A stretch of 64,000 nt of DNA, from the NCBI RefSeq assembly GCF_018977255.1, contig NW_024704743.1, forward strand, positions 72,232,001 to 72,296,000, written 5' to 3'. This DNA is from Callorhinchus milii. Its lineage: Eukaryota. Shown here one piece after another: positions 11,331 through 25,137 of the stretch. Under the pieces are notes generated by a model. That model was not told where the DNA came from and did not search any database. It saw only the letters and a program-made list of their open reading frames with translations. Positions within the stretch are counted from its first letter, which is position 1, and every line of letters begins with the position of its first letter. Position numbers and translations under genes: made by a program.

Positions 11331-13883
11331 CTCCGTTTTTTCCAGCACAGGATCGTGGGCAGAAACAGAACCTCCAATGTGTGCTGCAATTTTTTTCTCC
11401 AGTTCCAACTTCTCCTGCTGAGCAACAATCAGAATATTTTCCATTTCCTCCTGCTTTTTGTGAAGGGTTTCCTCCAGCAAGGTCTTCTGCTGTACAAGTT
11501 CAGCCATTCCCAGTTGTTGAGCGCGAACAGACTCCAGCTGCTGACGGAGACGATCTCTCTCAGCTTGTAGACTGGCTACAGATTCACTTACTGGTTTATC
11601 TTTGAAATGCTGGATTTGGGTCAATAGCACTTCTTTTTCTCGAATAAGGTTAATTTGATTTTGTTTGATCTCATCCCTTTCTAAAGCAATAACCTGGAGG
11701 GAGTTTTGGAGAGAACTTATTTGATCCATTAGATTTCCTTTCTGTTGTTCATGATCATATAACTCACACAATTCAGCAGCACAGTCTTTAACAGCTTGTT
11801 CTTGAGGCTCACGTTTAGTCTCATTTTTGATTAAATTTATGTGAGATACTCGGTGCTTTTCCTGAGACTTCACCTGAACAGCCGTGATAATTTTTTTCGT
11901 CTCTTCACATTTTTCTCCGGAATACTCTTTTATCGACTTTAATTTGCTTTTCAGTTGCTCAATTTCACTTTGTCTCAAAGTTAAAAGTTCTGAAAGATTT
12001 GAGAGTCTTTTAGAAAGCTCACTTTTCTCCTGTTGAGCTAGCTCCAGTTTTTCCATGAGCTCAGTTGAATCCTTTTCAATGAACTCTCTGCTTTCCAGAG
12101 TTTTTATCATTTCAAATTGGCCTTTGGAATTGTGAAGAGTTTTCTTCTTCCCTTTGCTCATTACTGTACGATTTTCAGCTTGTTTCAACTCTAAGAGCTG
12201 CAGTTGTTCATTTAAGATCTTAAGCTTAGTTTCATATTCAATTTCTTGTTTTATCATCTTTTCTTCTATGTCTGACTTCATTTTCAATAAACAATCATAT
12301 TCATCCTGCAATTCTTGAAAGTTAACCTCAAAGTTTTTTTCTGCAAAAGAAAAAGTGTTCCTTTGTCTCTCTATCTCCTCTTTGAGCTCTTTCTCATGGA
12401 CTTGAAGCTGTTCATTCTCTCTAATAAGTCTTTCTATGTGCCTTCTCATTTCATTTGTTTCTACCAGATTTTCCTTTCCTTCTTGAAGCATTTTAATTTG
12501 TATGTCCGCAGCTTCCTGCTGTTTCAATTGTTTCTCCAAAATATTATTCCTGTCTTGCAGTTCTTGGAGTTCTTGTTCCATCATACCCTTTTCTTTCTCA
12601 TCTTTTCGTAATGTGTCAATTTCCATTTCAAGTTCACTTATCTGAAAAACCATTTCTTCTACTTTGGAGTTCTTAAGAGACAAATGTAGCTCCTCTTTTA
12701 AAATTGTTATCTCAGACATCAATTGGTTCTTTTCAATGATCATACAATCCCTCTCAGATGTTATTACTTCATTTTTTTGACCCAGCTCATTTTGCAAGTT
12801 TTCCAACTGTTGAGTCTGTTTCAAAGACAAATCTTCTTTAAGATTATCAATATTTAGTTTATGTTCCCTTTCTAGGTCTTCTCTTAGCTTGACTAGCTCT
12901 TCCTCATGGCTGAAGAGAAGTTGAGTCCTCAATCTATCTAATTCAGCCTCCTGAGATTCAGCCATTCTATCCAGAACCGCAACTTTTTCCCTCTCCAGCA
13001 TTTCAAGTTTAATCTTATAATTTGTAACTTCTGATTCATGCTTTGACTCCAACTCTCTATGAGCTTCTGAAGCAGATAGCAGCTGGGCCTTCATTTGTTC
13101 AATAACATCTTTCAGTTCTTCCATCTCACGCATTTTGTGCTCCTGATAGTTAATACTTTCTGAGGTTTTCTGAATCTGATCCTTAGCAAATCTCAGCTCT
13201 ACCAGGAGATCTTGGATTTGGTTTTGCAGCTGGATCTTTTCTTTAGAGAGTCTTTCCAGTTGTTGCGTCATTTCTTGCCTTACCTGATCTTTCTGAAAAT
13301 GTGCCTCTCGTAATTTGATATTGAGTTCATTGATTGCAACATTTAGCAAAGTAATTTGTTCTTCATTAACTAAGTTGCTCACAGAATGATTTAAGGCTCT
13401 TTCCATTTCAATATTATGCTGTTCAGTAAGTCTTCCAATTTCTGAAATATGCTGTTGCTGCAATTCCTGTTTTATCTGTACAATCTGTTTTCCATACATC
13501 TCATCCAATTCTGCTTGAAGTTGCTCCATTTTCCGATGAGTTTCTATTTCAATCCTTTGTACAGTTTCTAAATCAGCTTGACTACCCTTGTGATATTGTT
13601 TCTGAAGAGCTTCCACACTACCCATTAGTTGCTTTATTTCATTGGATGACTGTCTCTCCCGCTGCTTTGAGTTAGTTAATTCAGTCCTTAGACTCTCAGT
13701 CTCTTGATTTCTTTGCAATAATTGGTCATGTAAATCTTTGACGAATTTATCAGAGCCATGTACTTTATCTTTCAGCAACAGTATAGTACTCTCATGTTCT
13801 TTTAGTGTTTTTTCAAGCTGTTCAATTATTTGATCTTGGTTCTGGAGCTTTTGTCTATCAGTATCAGACTTTTCTTTGTCAAT
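11331..13883 (-). CDS. AKAP9: AKAP9 large coiled-coil exon (851 codons)
   Basis: Contains ORF 11292..13778 with NYKIKLEMLEREK, LRTQLLFSHEEEL and EIERQRNTFSFAEKNFEVN. aaacag acceptor, GAG|GTATGT donor. Confidence 0.95.
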
Positions 13884-14844
13884 CTGTTTGCAAATAGGAA
13901 ATTATTAATAAATAAATGTACACTTGAAAAATTTATAGGTAACATTTGTAATTTTTTAATACAATCTTGTGGTCATAGGCAAGGAACACATTAAGGAACA
14001 CTCACTCTTCTATTCCTTATCTTATTAGCACTGGCGTAAAATATTCTGATTTACCTTAATAATGATGGAGCTGGTCCCAATTTGTGATCAACACAATATG
14101 TATACTCTGACAATCTAACTGCCAGCAGGCTGGTAAATAAAACCATAAAGCGGTTGGGTCATAAACAAACAGCTGGATTGTAGGAGTGTGCTGCATGGAT
14201 CAGAGACTAGGAACAGCAAACTCATTAGATTACTTTACCTTGACACTCGTAAGATATTTCTTAATATAGTCATTATAGTCATTACCACAAGCAAATCTTG
14301 GAATACCTCAATTTTTACCCTTTTTCAAAATTGTTTACCCAACGTTGGAAGAAGACAATCTTACTAAAATCGTAATGTTAGAACTACCATATTATCTTGA
14401 GTCTCAGAAGTGGGTTTTTCATTTAAAATACCTCCAAAAGTAGGGTGCACTTTAGAATTGATGGTGCCTTTGAATCTTAAGAGTTCTTTTTTTGATATAT
14501 CATTAATAGAACAGGGTTGGGCAACAAGTCAACAAAGTAAGCAAAAGAATGCACATAGTGCAAAAGTGTAGCCAAAATATGTCTGATTGGCTGTGCTGAG
14601 CATGGCATATATTTTATTCATGAGTAACAGTAGTATTATGAAAATTGTCTGGATTCATATAAATGTTTAAAGGGAAAAGAATACTCCTTTGATCGGGGGG
14701 TACTTAGCTCAAGGCAAAACCCATTATATATGAATGAGACCTTAAAATAAAGGTCAGACTCAAAACAGGCAAATATACAGACGTGGCATAAATGTTTGCA
14801 CTTATTTTCCATTAACCTGTTTTTATTATATTTGTTTATTTAAT

Positions 14845-15145
14845 GAGCGGACCTGGTTCGATTCCCGGACAGGGCAAAATGTTGGCCAAGTTTCCTACTC
14901 TACACACCTCTGTTCACCAACAGCAAGTAGGAACCCGGTTGTTAGTCGATTGGCAGATCGCTTTTCCGGGGGTAATAATCTCTTCAAAAAATAATAATAA
15001 TAATAATTTGGTCACTCAATCCACGACTGTTTGTGGGACACTGCTGTGTGCAATTGGCTGACGTATTTCTCCTACAAAATATATAGTCAATTCACTTTAC
15101 AGTATATTCTGTGAAGCGCTTTGAGACATCTAGAAGACGTGATAA
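14845..15145 (+). mobile_element. Same SINE family, 5' truncated
   Basis: B box plus shared body. Confidence 0.8.
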
Positions 15146-15524
15146 AAATCATTTGTACTAAAATTACTCAAAGCATATTGCGCAGACTAACATTTAAATT
15201 AAATCAGTAATTTCAAGCATATGCAGTAAGCCTGCAACCAATGTAATGATCAAAAGATTTTGAGTGACTCAAACTACTTTGTACCAACGAAAATAAATAG
15301 TTTGATCCAAAGTAATGAGAGAATGTTACCAACATATATATTGATTTTGTTTATGCTGATCAAAATTAATCATGGCACAACTGCACTGAGTTATTTGAAA
15401 AGCTATGAAATAAATTAAATGCTACATTTTCAGAATTGCTCGACAAATTATATGTATATAAAGGTGTCTGGCTGGGGGAAGAAAGGGGTTAGCTTTTTCT
15501 TTTTAAAAAGGAATTCTGCCATAC

Positions 15525-15722
15525 CATCATCCTTTCTTGAAGCTGGATCTGTAAAAGATTTATTTGGTCAAGGTGTTCCTCGTTCTTTGTCTGTAATGTT
15601 TTCATTTGTTGCTCCAAGTCATCAATTTGCTGTTGGTAGGTGATGAGCTGCTGCTTGGCCTGTAATAAGTCGACTGCTGTGGTACCATGGCTCGTATTTC
15701 TTAAAGTTTCACCAGCTTGTAA
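15525..15722 (-). CDS. AKAP9: AKAP9 exon (LQAGETLRNTSHGTTAVDLLQAKQQ...QERMM)
   Basis: 198 nt, phase 0/0, cattacag / ATG|GTATG, conserved DLLQAKQQ. Confidence 0.92.
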
Positions 15723-15799
15723 CTGTAATGCACAAAATAGAAAAAATACATGAAAAAGTTTGACTGCAGTTAGAATATTGTTAGAACATTGTTATAATA

Positions 15800-16316
15800 T
15801 TGTGTCCAATATCAGTCATCCTACTTTAGGAAAGATTTCAAGGCAATAGAGGGGTGCAGATGAGATTTACTAGGATAATATAGTGATTGAGTGGTTTGAC
15901 CTATGAGCACAGATGAGAGAATCTGGGCCTTTTTTTGTTAAAACAATAAAGGTCGAAGTTTGACCTGATAGAGGTCTTTAAAATCATGAGCAGTTTTGGT
16001 GGAGTAAATAGGGAGAAATTATTTCTACTGATCAGTGAGTCAGCAAACTAGAGGGCATCAATTAAGATAGCAAGTAAACTAGCAAATGGTGAGAAATGTT
16101 TTCATATATAGAGCAGTTATGATATGCCCTCCCGGGAGCTGCAGTTGAGGCAAAATCCATATTGACCTTCAAGGGGGAACTAAACAGAAACTTTAAAAAG
16201 AGTCAGCTACAGGGTATGGAAACGGGTAATTAAGTGGGATTGAAAAGGCTCGAGGGAGCCGGCACTGACACGATTGGTCGAATGACCTTCTTCTGTGCCA
16301 TAAATTTCTATGGTTC
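15800..16316 (+). mobile_element. CR1-like LINE 3' fragment
   Basis: Decayed terminal coding region (GACCTGATAGAGGTCTTTAAAATCATG) and a 3' end ...CGAATGACCTTCTTCTGTGCC...TTTCTATG. Confidence 0.7.
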
Positions 16317-16657
16317 ACATTGCTAACGTGTGCAATAAGAAGATTTTCCGAACAACTATACCCACAAAATTCACATAATAAGATACAAATAATGGAGACA
16401 CAAAAGCATAAAACATTGCATCACAAACTTTGAAAGAAGGATTGGATCACAAAGAAAATATCCATTTGTGTTCAGCACTGCAAATACAATATTTCATCCT
16501 ATAAATCTAAAGCAGCAAATAAATTCACAGGTATAATAATAATAATCCTTGCATTTGATATAGCGCTTTCACGTCGGGAGGAAGTCCCAAAGCCAAACGT
16601 GTAAGTTGTAGACATAAAGGCACAGAGAAATTATTTTAAAATGTAAGCAAATCTTAC

Positions 16658-16813
16658 CTGTTGGAACTGAATTTGTAGCTTTTGACTTTGATCTGTTAAA
16701 TCCAAAAATTCTTGTCGAATTTCATCTTTCTCTTTTCTGGCTTGTTGTAGATTAGCAGTGAGTTGAGTAATAATGCCATCTCTCTGTTTGACTGCAGTCT
16801 CAAACTCCTGTAG
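16658..16813 (-). CDS. AKAP9: AKAP9 exon (LQEFETAVKQRDGIITQLTANLQQAR...LQIQFQQ)
   Basis: 156 nt, phase 0/0, CAG|GTAAG donor, highly conserved RDGIITQLTANLQQAR. Confidence 0.93.
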
Positions 16814-18124
16814 CTGTTATAAAGAAGATGATTTCAGAATAAATTTGACCGATTACTCAAGTCCAATATTAATTTTACAATTAGAGACCTAATTTATTTT
16901 TAATTTGTTTTTCTACACTATTTCCTCTCCCTATTTTTATAGTACATTATAACCATGGGTACAGATGTATTAAACCAACAGTAAAAATCAGTGTAATGTC
17001 ATGTCTCTTTTGAGATACTGATAGCAGGATTGGATCAAATCAATAATGACGAGCATCAAATACTATCAATATAAATGTAGTCAGCCCAAAATCGGCTACT
17101 AAAGTGTATTTGTCCATGTAGATGGACAGTGGAGGTTTGCAATCAGTTACTTGCAAATGTCAATGAATACAGATCACACACTATTCTTGGTTATACGTTC
17201 AACTATAGACTTTTTCCACTCTTACTGCATAGGTATGGAAAGAAAGTGTAAACATCTTCCCCTGCACAGTTCACATCAATTTGTCAGCCTTATTACAATA
17301 GAATTGATGCTGAAAGAATAGTATAAATTAGGTTTTAGAGGCATGAATTGGCTTCCAAGATTTGCTCCAGAGATTACCAGGAGATGATTTCAGGAATTCA
17401 ATTTATGCTTTGTATTATAAATTAAGTCTGTACTGAAGCTAATTTTAAAAAGAGACTTCAATTTTGAATGTAAAAATTATCTGGGGGTGGTGAGAGTCCA
17501 TTGCACATTCCTAAGCTTTTTAATGTTATAAAGCTGGACCTAAACACATTTTTAAAGCCCTGAAAACAAAACAGCATTCAGCTAAGAGCTGTGGCAGCCA
17601 CAGTTGCTCAGCCCAACATTAAAAAAAATTAGAGTGAAAAATATGAATACTGCTTTCTACTCCTAATGGTTTCTAGAATTAGGTAAACAGTAATGTGTCC
17701 TTCCAGGGGGAAGAGTATGCACTCTATTCCAGACAAAGGGAATTTTTATGCATAGGTGATATACATGCATGGATCTCTATCTGGTTTTCAATACTCCAAG
17801 ATTCTACTCCTTGTGAAGGGCACTACATAAATGCAAGTTATTGTTATACTCTTAAGCGTGGCAAAAGGTTTCCCACATATGTCATGAGACCTGTCTGAAA
17901 ATAAATCTAATTCAATTCCTGAATCAACTTATCTTAGGAGCAAAGCTTAGAAATCATTCAATGGCTAATAAACATTAATAAAACTTAACAGAATAAAAGA
18001 TGATGGAAAATGTATTTCAAAAACTGTATGAAGCACAAGTAGCTGAAAGTGTAGTTGATAGGTCTTAAAGTGTTTTGAAGCTGGAGAGGGAGGGAACAAG
18101 ATAAAGGGATTATGTTCCACAGAT

Positions 18125-18600
18125 TTTGTTTTTGGTCAGCTGGGTGTCTGACACATGCAGAAACCCATCACCATACTTAAGACTCTCCAACCAAACTGAT
18201 AATCCATGCATCCCATCTACACATGGAAATTCTAGAGATATTGTTTGGAATATCCACTCTCTCCTTGAAGGGATGCATCCTCCTTACTTAATTCCAGAAA
18301 GCATTTGGCAGGTTGGTAAGTGCCAAGGCTTGGGGACCCCAGAGTGTGTATTGGAGTACTGTTGGAGCTAAAACCATATAGCTTGCCATTGACAGCACTG
18401 CTTAGCAAGCTCACCTGCTACTTAGCCAGCTGGGGCCACCCTATCTGTTAGTGGTTTGGCTTGCGGGATAACAGGAATGAATAGGAAGAGTCCCTGCATC
18501 CAGTGACTGGTCTGCCCTTCCAAGTCCTGCTGATTAGCCAGCGTGTCATCAGCAGTGCCCTGGAGAACTTTGGACGCTCCTGGCTCAGAACTGAATGACT
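18125..18600. repeat. Unclassified interspersed repeat; related copies at about 29596-29770 and 40830-41300
   Basis: Shared start TTTTGGTCAGC and collinear motifs (CCATCACCAT.CTTAAGA, CTACACATGGAAATTC, TTGGGGACCC, CTGGTCTGC). Confidence 0.55.
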
Positions 18601-20740
18601 GAGACTGCCACAGGGGGCAACATTCCTCTAATATACCTTAATATAATAAAACTCGAGGCCGACATTCCGTGGCCAAACATGCCACCTTGGAGTCAGTTCA
18701 ACTCCAAGAAGACCCTGCTTACCTCCCCCAAATGCACAGATCGGGGGGAATGGCTTAAAATGTTTTCGTCATTATTAAAAAGATTTTAAATTAATGAAAA
18801 GTTTTTAGATTCATATTCATAGGTCAAGTACGAATAGTGACAAAACCCATGTAAATACTTTAACTATATTGTTTTCTTTAAAATAACCATAATCTTATGA
18901 GTTTAGCAGACCTTTTAAACAAAATATAATAGTCAACATTAGAAAGAATAACAACAACAAATTATATTTGTATAGCGCCTTTCACGTCGAGAGGATGTCT
19001 CCAGCCGCTGAACAGTCAGGGATTTGTAACTGAGCAGGGGGTTGGATCAGGATAATCCCACTGTTCAAATGACACTCTGCTCTGAAGTTTGGTTTATAAA
19101 TCATCTGAACAAGATTAATTTACAGTGTTGTACATAGGGTATAATTGTTATCCCACCTCTACCCAGCAGGGTATGAATTGCTGCACAAAGACTCACACTA
19201 TTCAAACTATTCTATCTTGTTTATTTGAATAGTTTAAATGCTGTAAGAACATGGTGGGGGGGGGGGGGCGGGGAGGGGGAAGCAACAGCAGACAAACAGC
19301 CCATGGAGACAAGGATTTATGTAGATTTATGTAGATCGGACAGGGATTATTTTATTTCAGAACAAATTCCCTATTCTGTGTTTAAACATTGGGCAGTATT
19401 TTAAATTAATATCTTGACTGAGATAGATACGAATAGTGGCTTTCAGCTTTGTAGCTCAATTGAGACTGCTCAAATTTCTTTAGTTAAATCTGACAGCACT
19501 TTGTAAAGCATAGAATAATACATTAACAGATGCCTATTTTTGTTATTTTATTCAGGTATATTAGAAAGTCATTAGAGAATACTGTGACTTGTATGCAGCT
19601 ACAGCTGGAGTCTCATACTGGGTTATGCCGCTCCCAAGAGTCACATATTTTAATTTAGCAATTTGGCAGATTACATGCAGCAGCAAATGTACATCACTCT
19701 CAGCATTTAATTTGACTGGAATGCTTGTAAATTTACAATGGTACAATTCTGCATTAATTCAAAAATCGGATAATTTATGGATTATAAATTATTTTCTGGT
19801 CTTCTGTTCTTATCAAAGGTTTGATCACACTTGGTCAAAGAATTGCATGTTTCCTGGGTTAAATAGATTAAGCACAGTAGTTGAAAGTTCTAAATGTAAT
19901 GCATTACAATTTTTACATTTATGTAACTCCTTTCACGTTGGGTGGACGAACAGGACCTGATCACAAACCAAATTCCTTAAAATGGGCTTCTGATCTCAAA
20001 ATAGTTTTTGTATTTTTCTTTTTAAGTTCATGTTTATGCTCATTTACATAAAAATGAAGTGTGTGAAATGAACCCATATGGACACAGAAGGAAGGTTCCA
20101 TCCTGCACCTGTACTGAGTTAGCTCTTCTTAGCCAAGGCAGCAATGATGAGTGAAGGGGGAAAACTGCTAAAATGTTTTGCAGCACACAATTAGGGTAAA
20201 CTGATTATTAGCTAGCGACTGCTAGAATGGCTGTAAGTGAGTGGGTGTTAGATGAAATTGAGGGAGGGAGAGAGGGATATTTGTAGAAAGCCTCAATATT
20301 ATACTGCAAAAAAACAAAACAGAATTTAAATGGAGACCAGCAAAATACTAATTAAGCTAAAAGAAATTCAGGTGACTCCAACAACAAGGAAAGACCAACA
20401 TTGACAAAAAAATCCTATTCTCATGTCATTTGCTATTCTTTGTCCTTTTCCAAAACAAGGTCACCCAACAATGAAATATGCATAGAACTAGCCTGAAACT
20501 GAGATGAAATTGAAACTTGCCGTTGAAAATGCAAAAAGTTTGATTTAGCTCTCAGCATGAAAGACTTGTTTTAAAAATCTGGCAGCTCTGCATTGAACTT
20601 TTCACCGTATATTTTGTATAAACTTCTGTAAATTTATATATCGAAATGGAAACAAATTGGTCAATATTCTGAACTGTGAAGAATTTAAAAAATAAAGTAA
20701 AACATTATAAAATATGCAAATTAGATATATGGAAATGTAC

Positions 20741-20911
20741 CTGCTGCAACCCTTCTGTACCACATAGACCCCTCAGCTCTTCAAGTTCCCTGCTCAGCTC
20801 TTCAATCTCTTGTTGTTTTGCAGTCAATTCCTCCTCCATCGTTTCCAGCCTTGTCTGAGTGGGCTGTGTGTCGTGCTCAGAACGAGTTTCTGACATGCTG
20901 AATTCATCTTC
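20741..20911 (-). CDS. AKAP9: AKAP9 exon (EDEFSMSETR...KQQEIEELSRELEELRGLCGTEGLQQ)
   Basis: 171 nt, phase 0/0, AG/GT ends, conserved GTEGLQQ. Confidence 0.92.
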
Positions 20912-23900
20912 CTAAACCAATTTAAATTAATCAAACCTCATTGTATCACAATGGTTATCTTCAAAGTCAAGGAACAGATAGAAAAAAAATGCATTTCATA
21001 TGAAACAAGTTTGCTTAACATTAAAACATGCAGCTACTGTCGATTTATCACTATAGCAACCACTGTTAGCAATTTGCACTTCAAGAACATTTATATGCAT
21101 CTGTCTAGTTTGAAACCTGCAGGAACACCCATTACACTTTCTGATGGGTAATGCTAAAAACAGTCATTAATATTTCATCACTCCTGGATATGTTTAATGA
21201 AGTATACCAGCAAAATCAGAATCCTACCCCTAACCCTTCAAATGACTGCAGTGTACCACAGAATCATCATCGACTAGAAAGGTCCCCAGGTTGAATGCCT
21301 GATCTTTCCTGAGTTAGGGGAGCAGTAATGGTGCTACATTTTAGGCCGCCATTGCTGGACAAGGGAAAGAGAAAACAATAACTGGTCATGGCTTGCTCCT
21401 CTCTGTCATTTAATTATCATGCTGAAAAATGCACACGTGAATTTCAGGATCGACTATGATGACCCTGTGTCAAAAAGCCTATTGCCTAAGTTCATGCTTA
21501 AAGAATAAGTACTTGGGGGTCTCTCTGATAGTCTTATGGATAGAAATACTAACCAGTCTACTGTTAAGCCATAGAGTTCAAAAGATAACAGTTACATTTC
21601 CAGTTTGTACTGTGAGCTCACCTTGGGCAGGATAGATAGCATTTAAAATACTACAATCAACGATCTGTCCTGTGACCCATCCTAGATATTGCCCATGTAT
21701 GGATGCCTGAAAAGACCGAATGAGGCTCAGTTGTCATGTCTGGTGTTGTCAAAAAATGTTCCGACACTCACTGTGAAGCCTCATGCATGGAACTATGGCC
21801 ACTTGGGCCCTTCCCGGACCCCTGGAACCACAGTCAGAGCCCAAAAGAGAAGAAAGGGCAACAAAAGAATGGCCACTCAGTGAAGTACCAGTGGACTGCT
21901 GACAATGGAGCAACATCATCGCAGTATAAATCACCAATTGTGTGAAAGGTGGGAATGTAGGAAATGTTTATTTTTAAAATACAAGTTAAAAACCACTGTA
22001 TTCTGAAAAATAAAAGCTGTAACTGCTGTTGTTGAAAGCTTCATCGATTTGGCTTTTATTCTTGGTGCTCACAATAGCCGCATTTTAGAACAATGCAGAA
22101 TAGGCTTTTTTTAAATCATTACTTTTAAAATATTGAACCTACACTCCAAATTGTACAGACAGGCTATATCTGGAGGAAGAGCTTTTGTTTTCTGTAGCTT
22201 GCACTACAAATATAACTGCAATGTGGTCAGTGGTAAAATATTTGTAAAAATTACTCCTGTGAGGAGGAATTAAAGTCATCCCTATTGAAAGAAAGAGGAT
22301 TGTTTTCCAAGAGTATTCTCCCTTACAAAAGACATCAAAACTTTGTACTTGCATATTAGGTGGTGTAGTGTGGAGCCCATTTATATACCCTGTTCACCAA
22401 TGGTGTAGTAAAGCAGTTTAGTAGCATTGTTAATTATCTAGACAAATGATGGATTAATATCCTGGTAATATATTAGTTAGCTAGTAATGTAATAGGCCCT
22501 ATTAACCTTCTGCCACCCAGAATGGCTAAAAATGATCACTGCATAATTCCAGAAAATGTTCATTGGGAACTTTGGAACAAATTAACTTGTTTTGTTTTTC
22601 ACCTACAAAATACAGTCATTCCACTTTACAGTATACCCTGTGAAGCTCTTTAAGATGGCTCAACAATGTGATAAGGCGCAATATCAAATGCAAAGATTAT
22701 TATTATAATTTTCTGGATGTTTACAACAAATTAAGAAAATTTAGCCAGAAATTATGGTTCACTTTGGTATCTAATGTCTATATGCCAAAATTAAGAATAG
22801 AAAGGCCAGGTGCAGAGCAAGTCTTCCACTCTGAACCAATATCACTGAGGTTACCCCAAACGCACCAGTGTGGAATTTCAATTTCTCAAATTGTGGTCAT
22901 TAATGTTGAATTTTGGATAGTTTTGTCTTATGTATTGATGCACCAAGATCTGGACCTAGACTCTCATTTATGACTTACAGTTTAGACAAAGTGGAAACTT
23001 TGTCTAAAATGGACTTAGAGATGAAAGTACTCTATATAGTATTTAAGTCACTTGGCCAGTGAATGTTTAAATAAATCATATAACCAATTATATATTTTAA
23101 AACAGAAATATGCTGATGACGATTAATAAAATTGGACATTGAAGATTTATTTAGTAGATGATGCAGGATGTGGATTTTAGCTTTGAAACCAGCATAGCCA
23201 AACTGAAATCTCATTAAGTAGGAGCAGGTTAATATGCCTATAAGTTATATTATTTCATACTGTACCCTTATTAAATCTTCCAGTTTAAATATTGTTCCGT
23301 ATTGTACTGTATAGCAACCATTGGTCTGTGCAAAGTAAACAATGTATTTTAAATAATTTTTCATCCATTTGTAAAAAACATTCTTTGGTCAACACAGCAA
23401 TAATATTTAATACCAGATTGGATGTTACAGAAAATAAAACTACTGATAACTATCCCACAACATATATCTGTTTTCTTTCATACAATATGCAAAACGAAAG
23501 AACACATTTTTTGTTGACATTTAGTGCAATAAAATTCTTAATATATTCAATTAAGTTTTAACAAAAATAAAAAAGTCTATAAAAATAAACTTTCCATTGA
23601 AATAAAAATTGAGCAGTATTCTATATAGATACTCAGGGATGGAAGTGATTTTTTTAATCTCTGGAAAAGACATAAACATAAATTTATGACAAGCATCCCC
23701 TTTCCCATCTCAAAATACAGAAACAAAGATGTAAAATAGGAAAACACAAAAGTCACAACAAATTAAACTTGTGTAGCAATGCTCTAATTTTTAGGAAGCC
23801 ATTCTTAACATTTGTTTTCTCACCAAGAGACATCCACAAAACGTATTTACTCCCAAACTGCATCTAACCTGAATTCTGTTTAGAAATTAAAACATAAGCA

Positions 23901-25092
23901 TAAACTAAGATACCAATAAGTACATTTTGGATCATTAAATTAACCCTTTTTTAAAAAAATAATTACACATAGAAATATTACTTACCAAATCGCATGTGTT
24001 TAAATAAAATACTATCTAATGAAACAAAAGTTGATTCAGCCACATTGGAATGGGGCATGTCTACTAAGACACACTGAGTTTTATGAGACTGCAAATGCAT
24101 TTTTTATTTTTAAGAGAAAGATGAGCAATTTTGAAAACCTTTTAAATTATGGAAAATTGCATTCATCTGCAAATTGTAAGTAATTTTTTGCTGTTCCAAG
24201 TCTGGCATGATATGATGTGTGACATTTGCATTCACAAAGATGAGACAAAATCAAGCCAACTGCTCAAAGCCATGTACACAAACACACACTAATTACAAAT
24301 ATCCTCTATGTCAAAACAATTTCATTTCTGAATAAATCAAGTGCAAATATAGTCCTGAACAAAATGTTTATCAAAACGCAAAATAAATTTAACAGGGAAG
24401 GAAAATTACCAATGCATAAAAGAAACAAAACAAATGAGTAACTGAGCATGTTGTTAACCTTATAAAAAGCACAACTACAAAATGGCAAGAAAATACACAA
24501 AGATATCTTAAACACACACAAGTTAGCACGGGAGGGAACACCAAAAAGAGTGACGGGATACAGGTTTGCTCCCAGAAATCTATTGCGTTTGCAATCTCAA
24601 GAGGATGATAGCCACCTCCAAACAAGAGAGGCACTGGTCACACTAAACAGCTTTTATCCACAGAACCATCTGTTATCCACAAAGCACCATTGGTAACTGG
24701 GGTAGGGAAAGAGCAAAATATTCTTATAAAAGCACATATTCCTTCTTTTTTCCCCAGAAGAAAATTCAGCTGCTGCCTGCATTTCTTCTTGTATTTAGGC
24801 GCAAGTACCTATGTGCGTCATCACTCAATTAGAGCACTTTATAGATACTGGATCTGCAAGCAGTAAGACAAGAGTGAATGAACTCTTGAACTGCATACCT
24901 TCAATCATCCCATTCGTCATTTCTAACACTTTGCGGCATCAGACTGGCAATCAGATGCTAATGGTGAGTATTTTTAAAAATATACAGAAGCTTAAAACAC
25001 ATTCACCCAAAAAACCTTCATTTGCATGTCATTCCAAGTTGTTTGAAACTCTAAAAGGTTACATTTCCTTTTTATTATGACAAAATATCTAC

Positions 25093-25137
25093 CTCTGATG
25101 TATAGTCTTCAGCTGTTGTTGACACTTCACTCTCCGG
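25093..25137 (-). CDS. AKAP9: AKAP9 exon 3 (PESEVSTTAEDYTSE)
   Basis: 45 nt, tttttcag / GAG|GTAG. Resembles human PESEISTTADDCSSE (recalled). Confidence 0.9.

Noticed and set aside
10986..12611. Plus-strand ORFs opposite the large AKAP9 exon
   Set aside because: Antisense shadows of the coding exon plus SINE sequence.
22139..22203. Possible additional AKAP9 exon (CKLQKTKALPPDIACLYNLE)
   Set aside because: A plausible acceptor but no frame-preserving donor.
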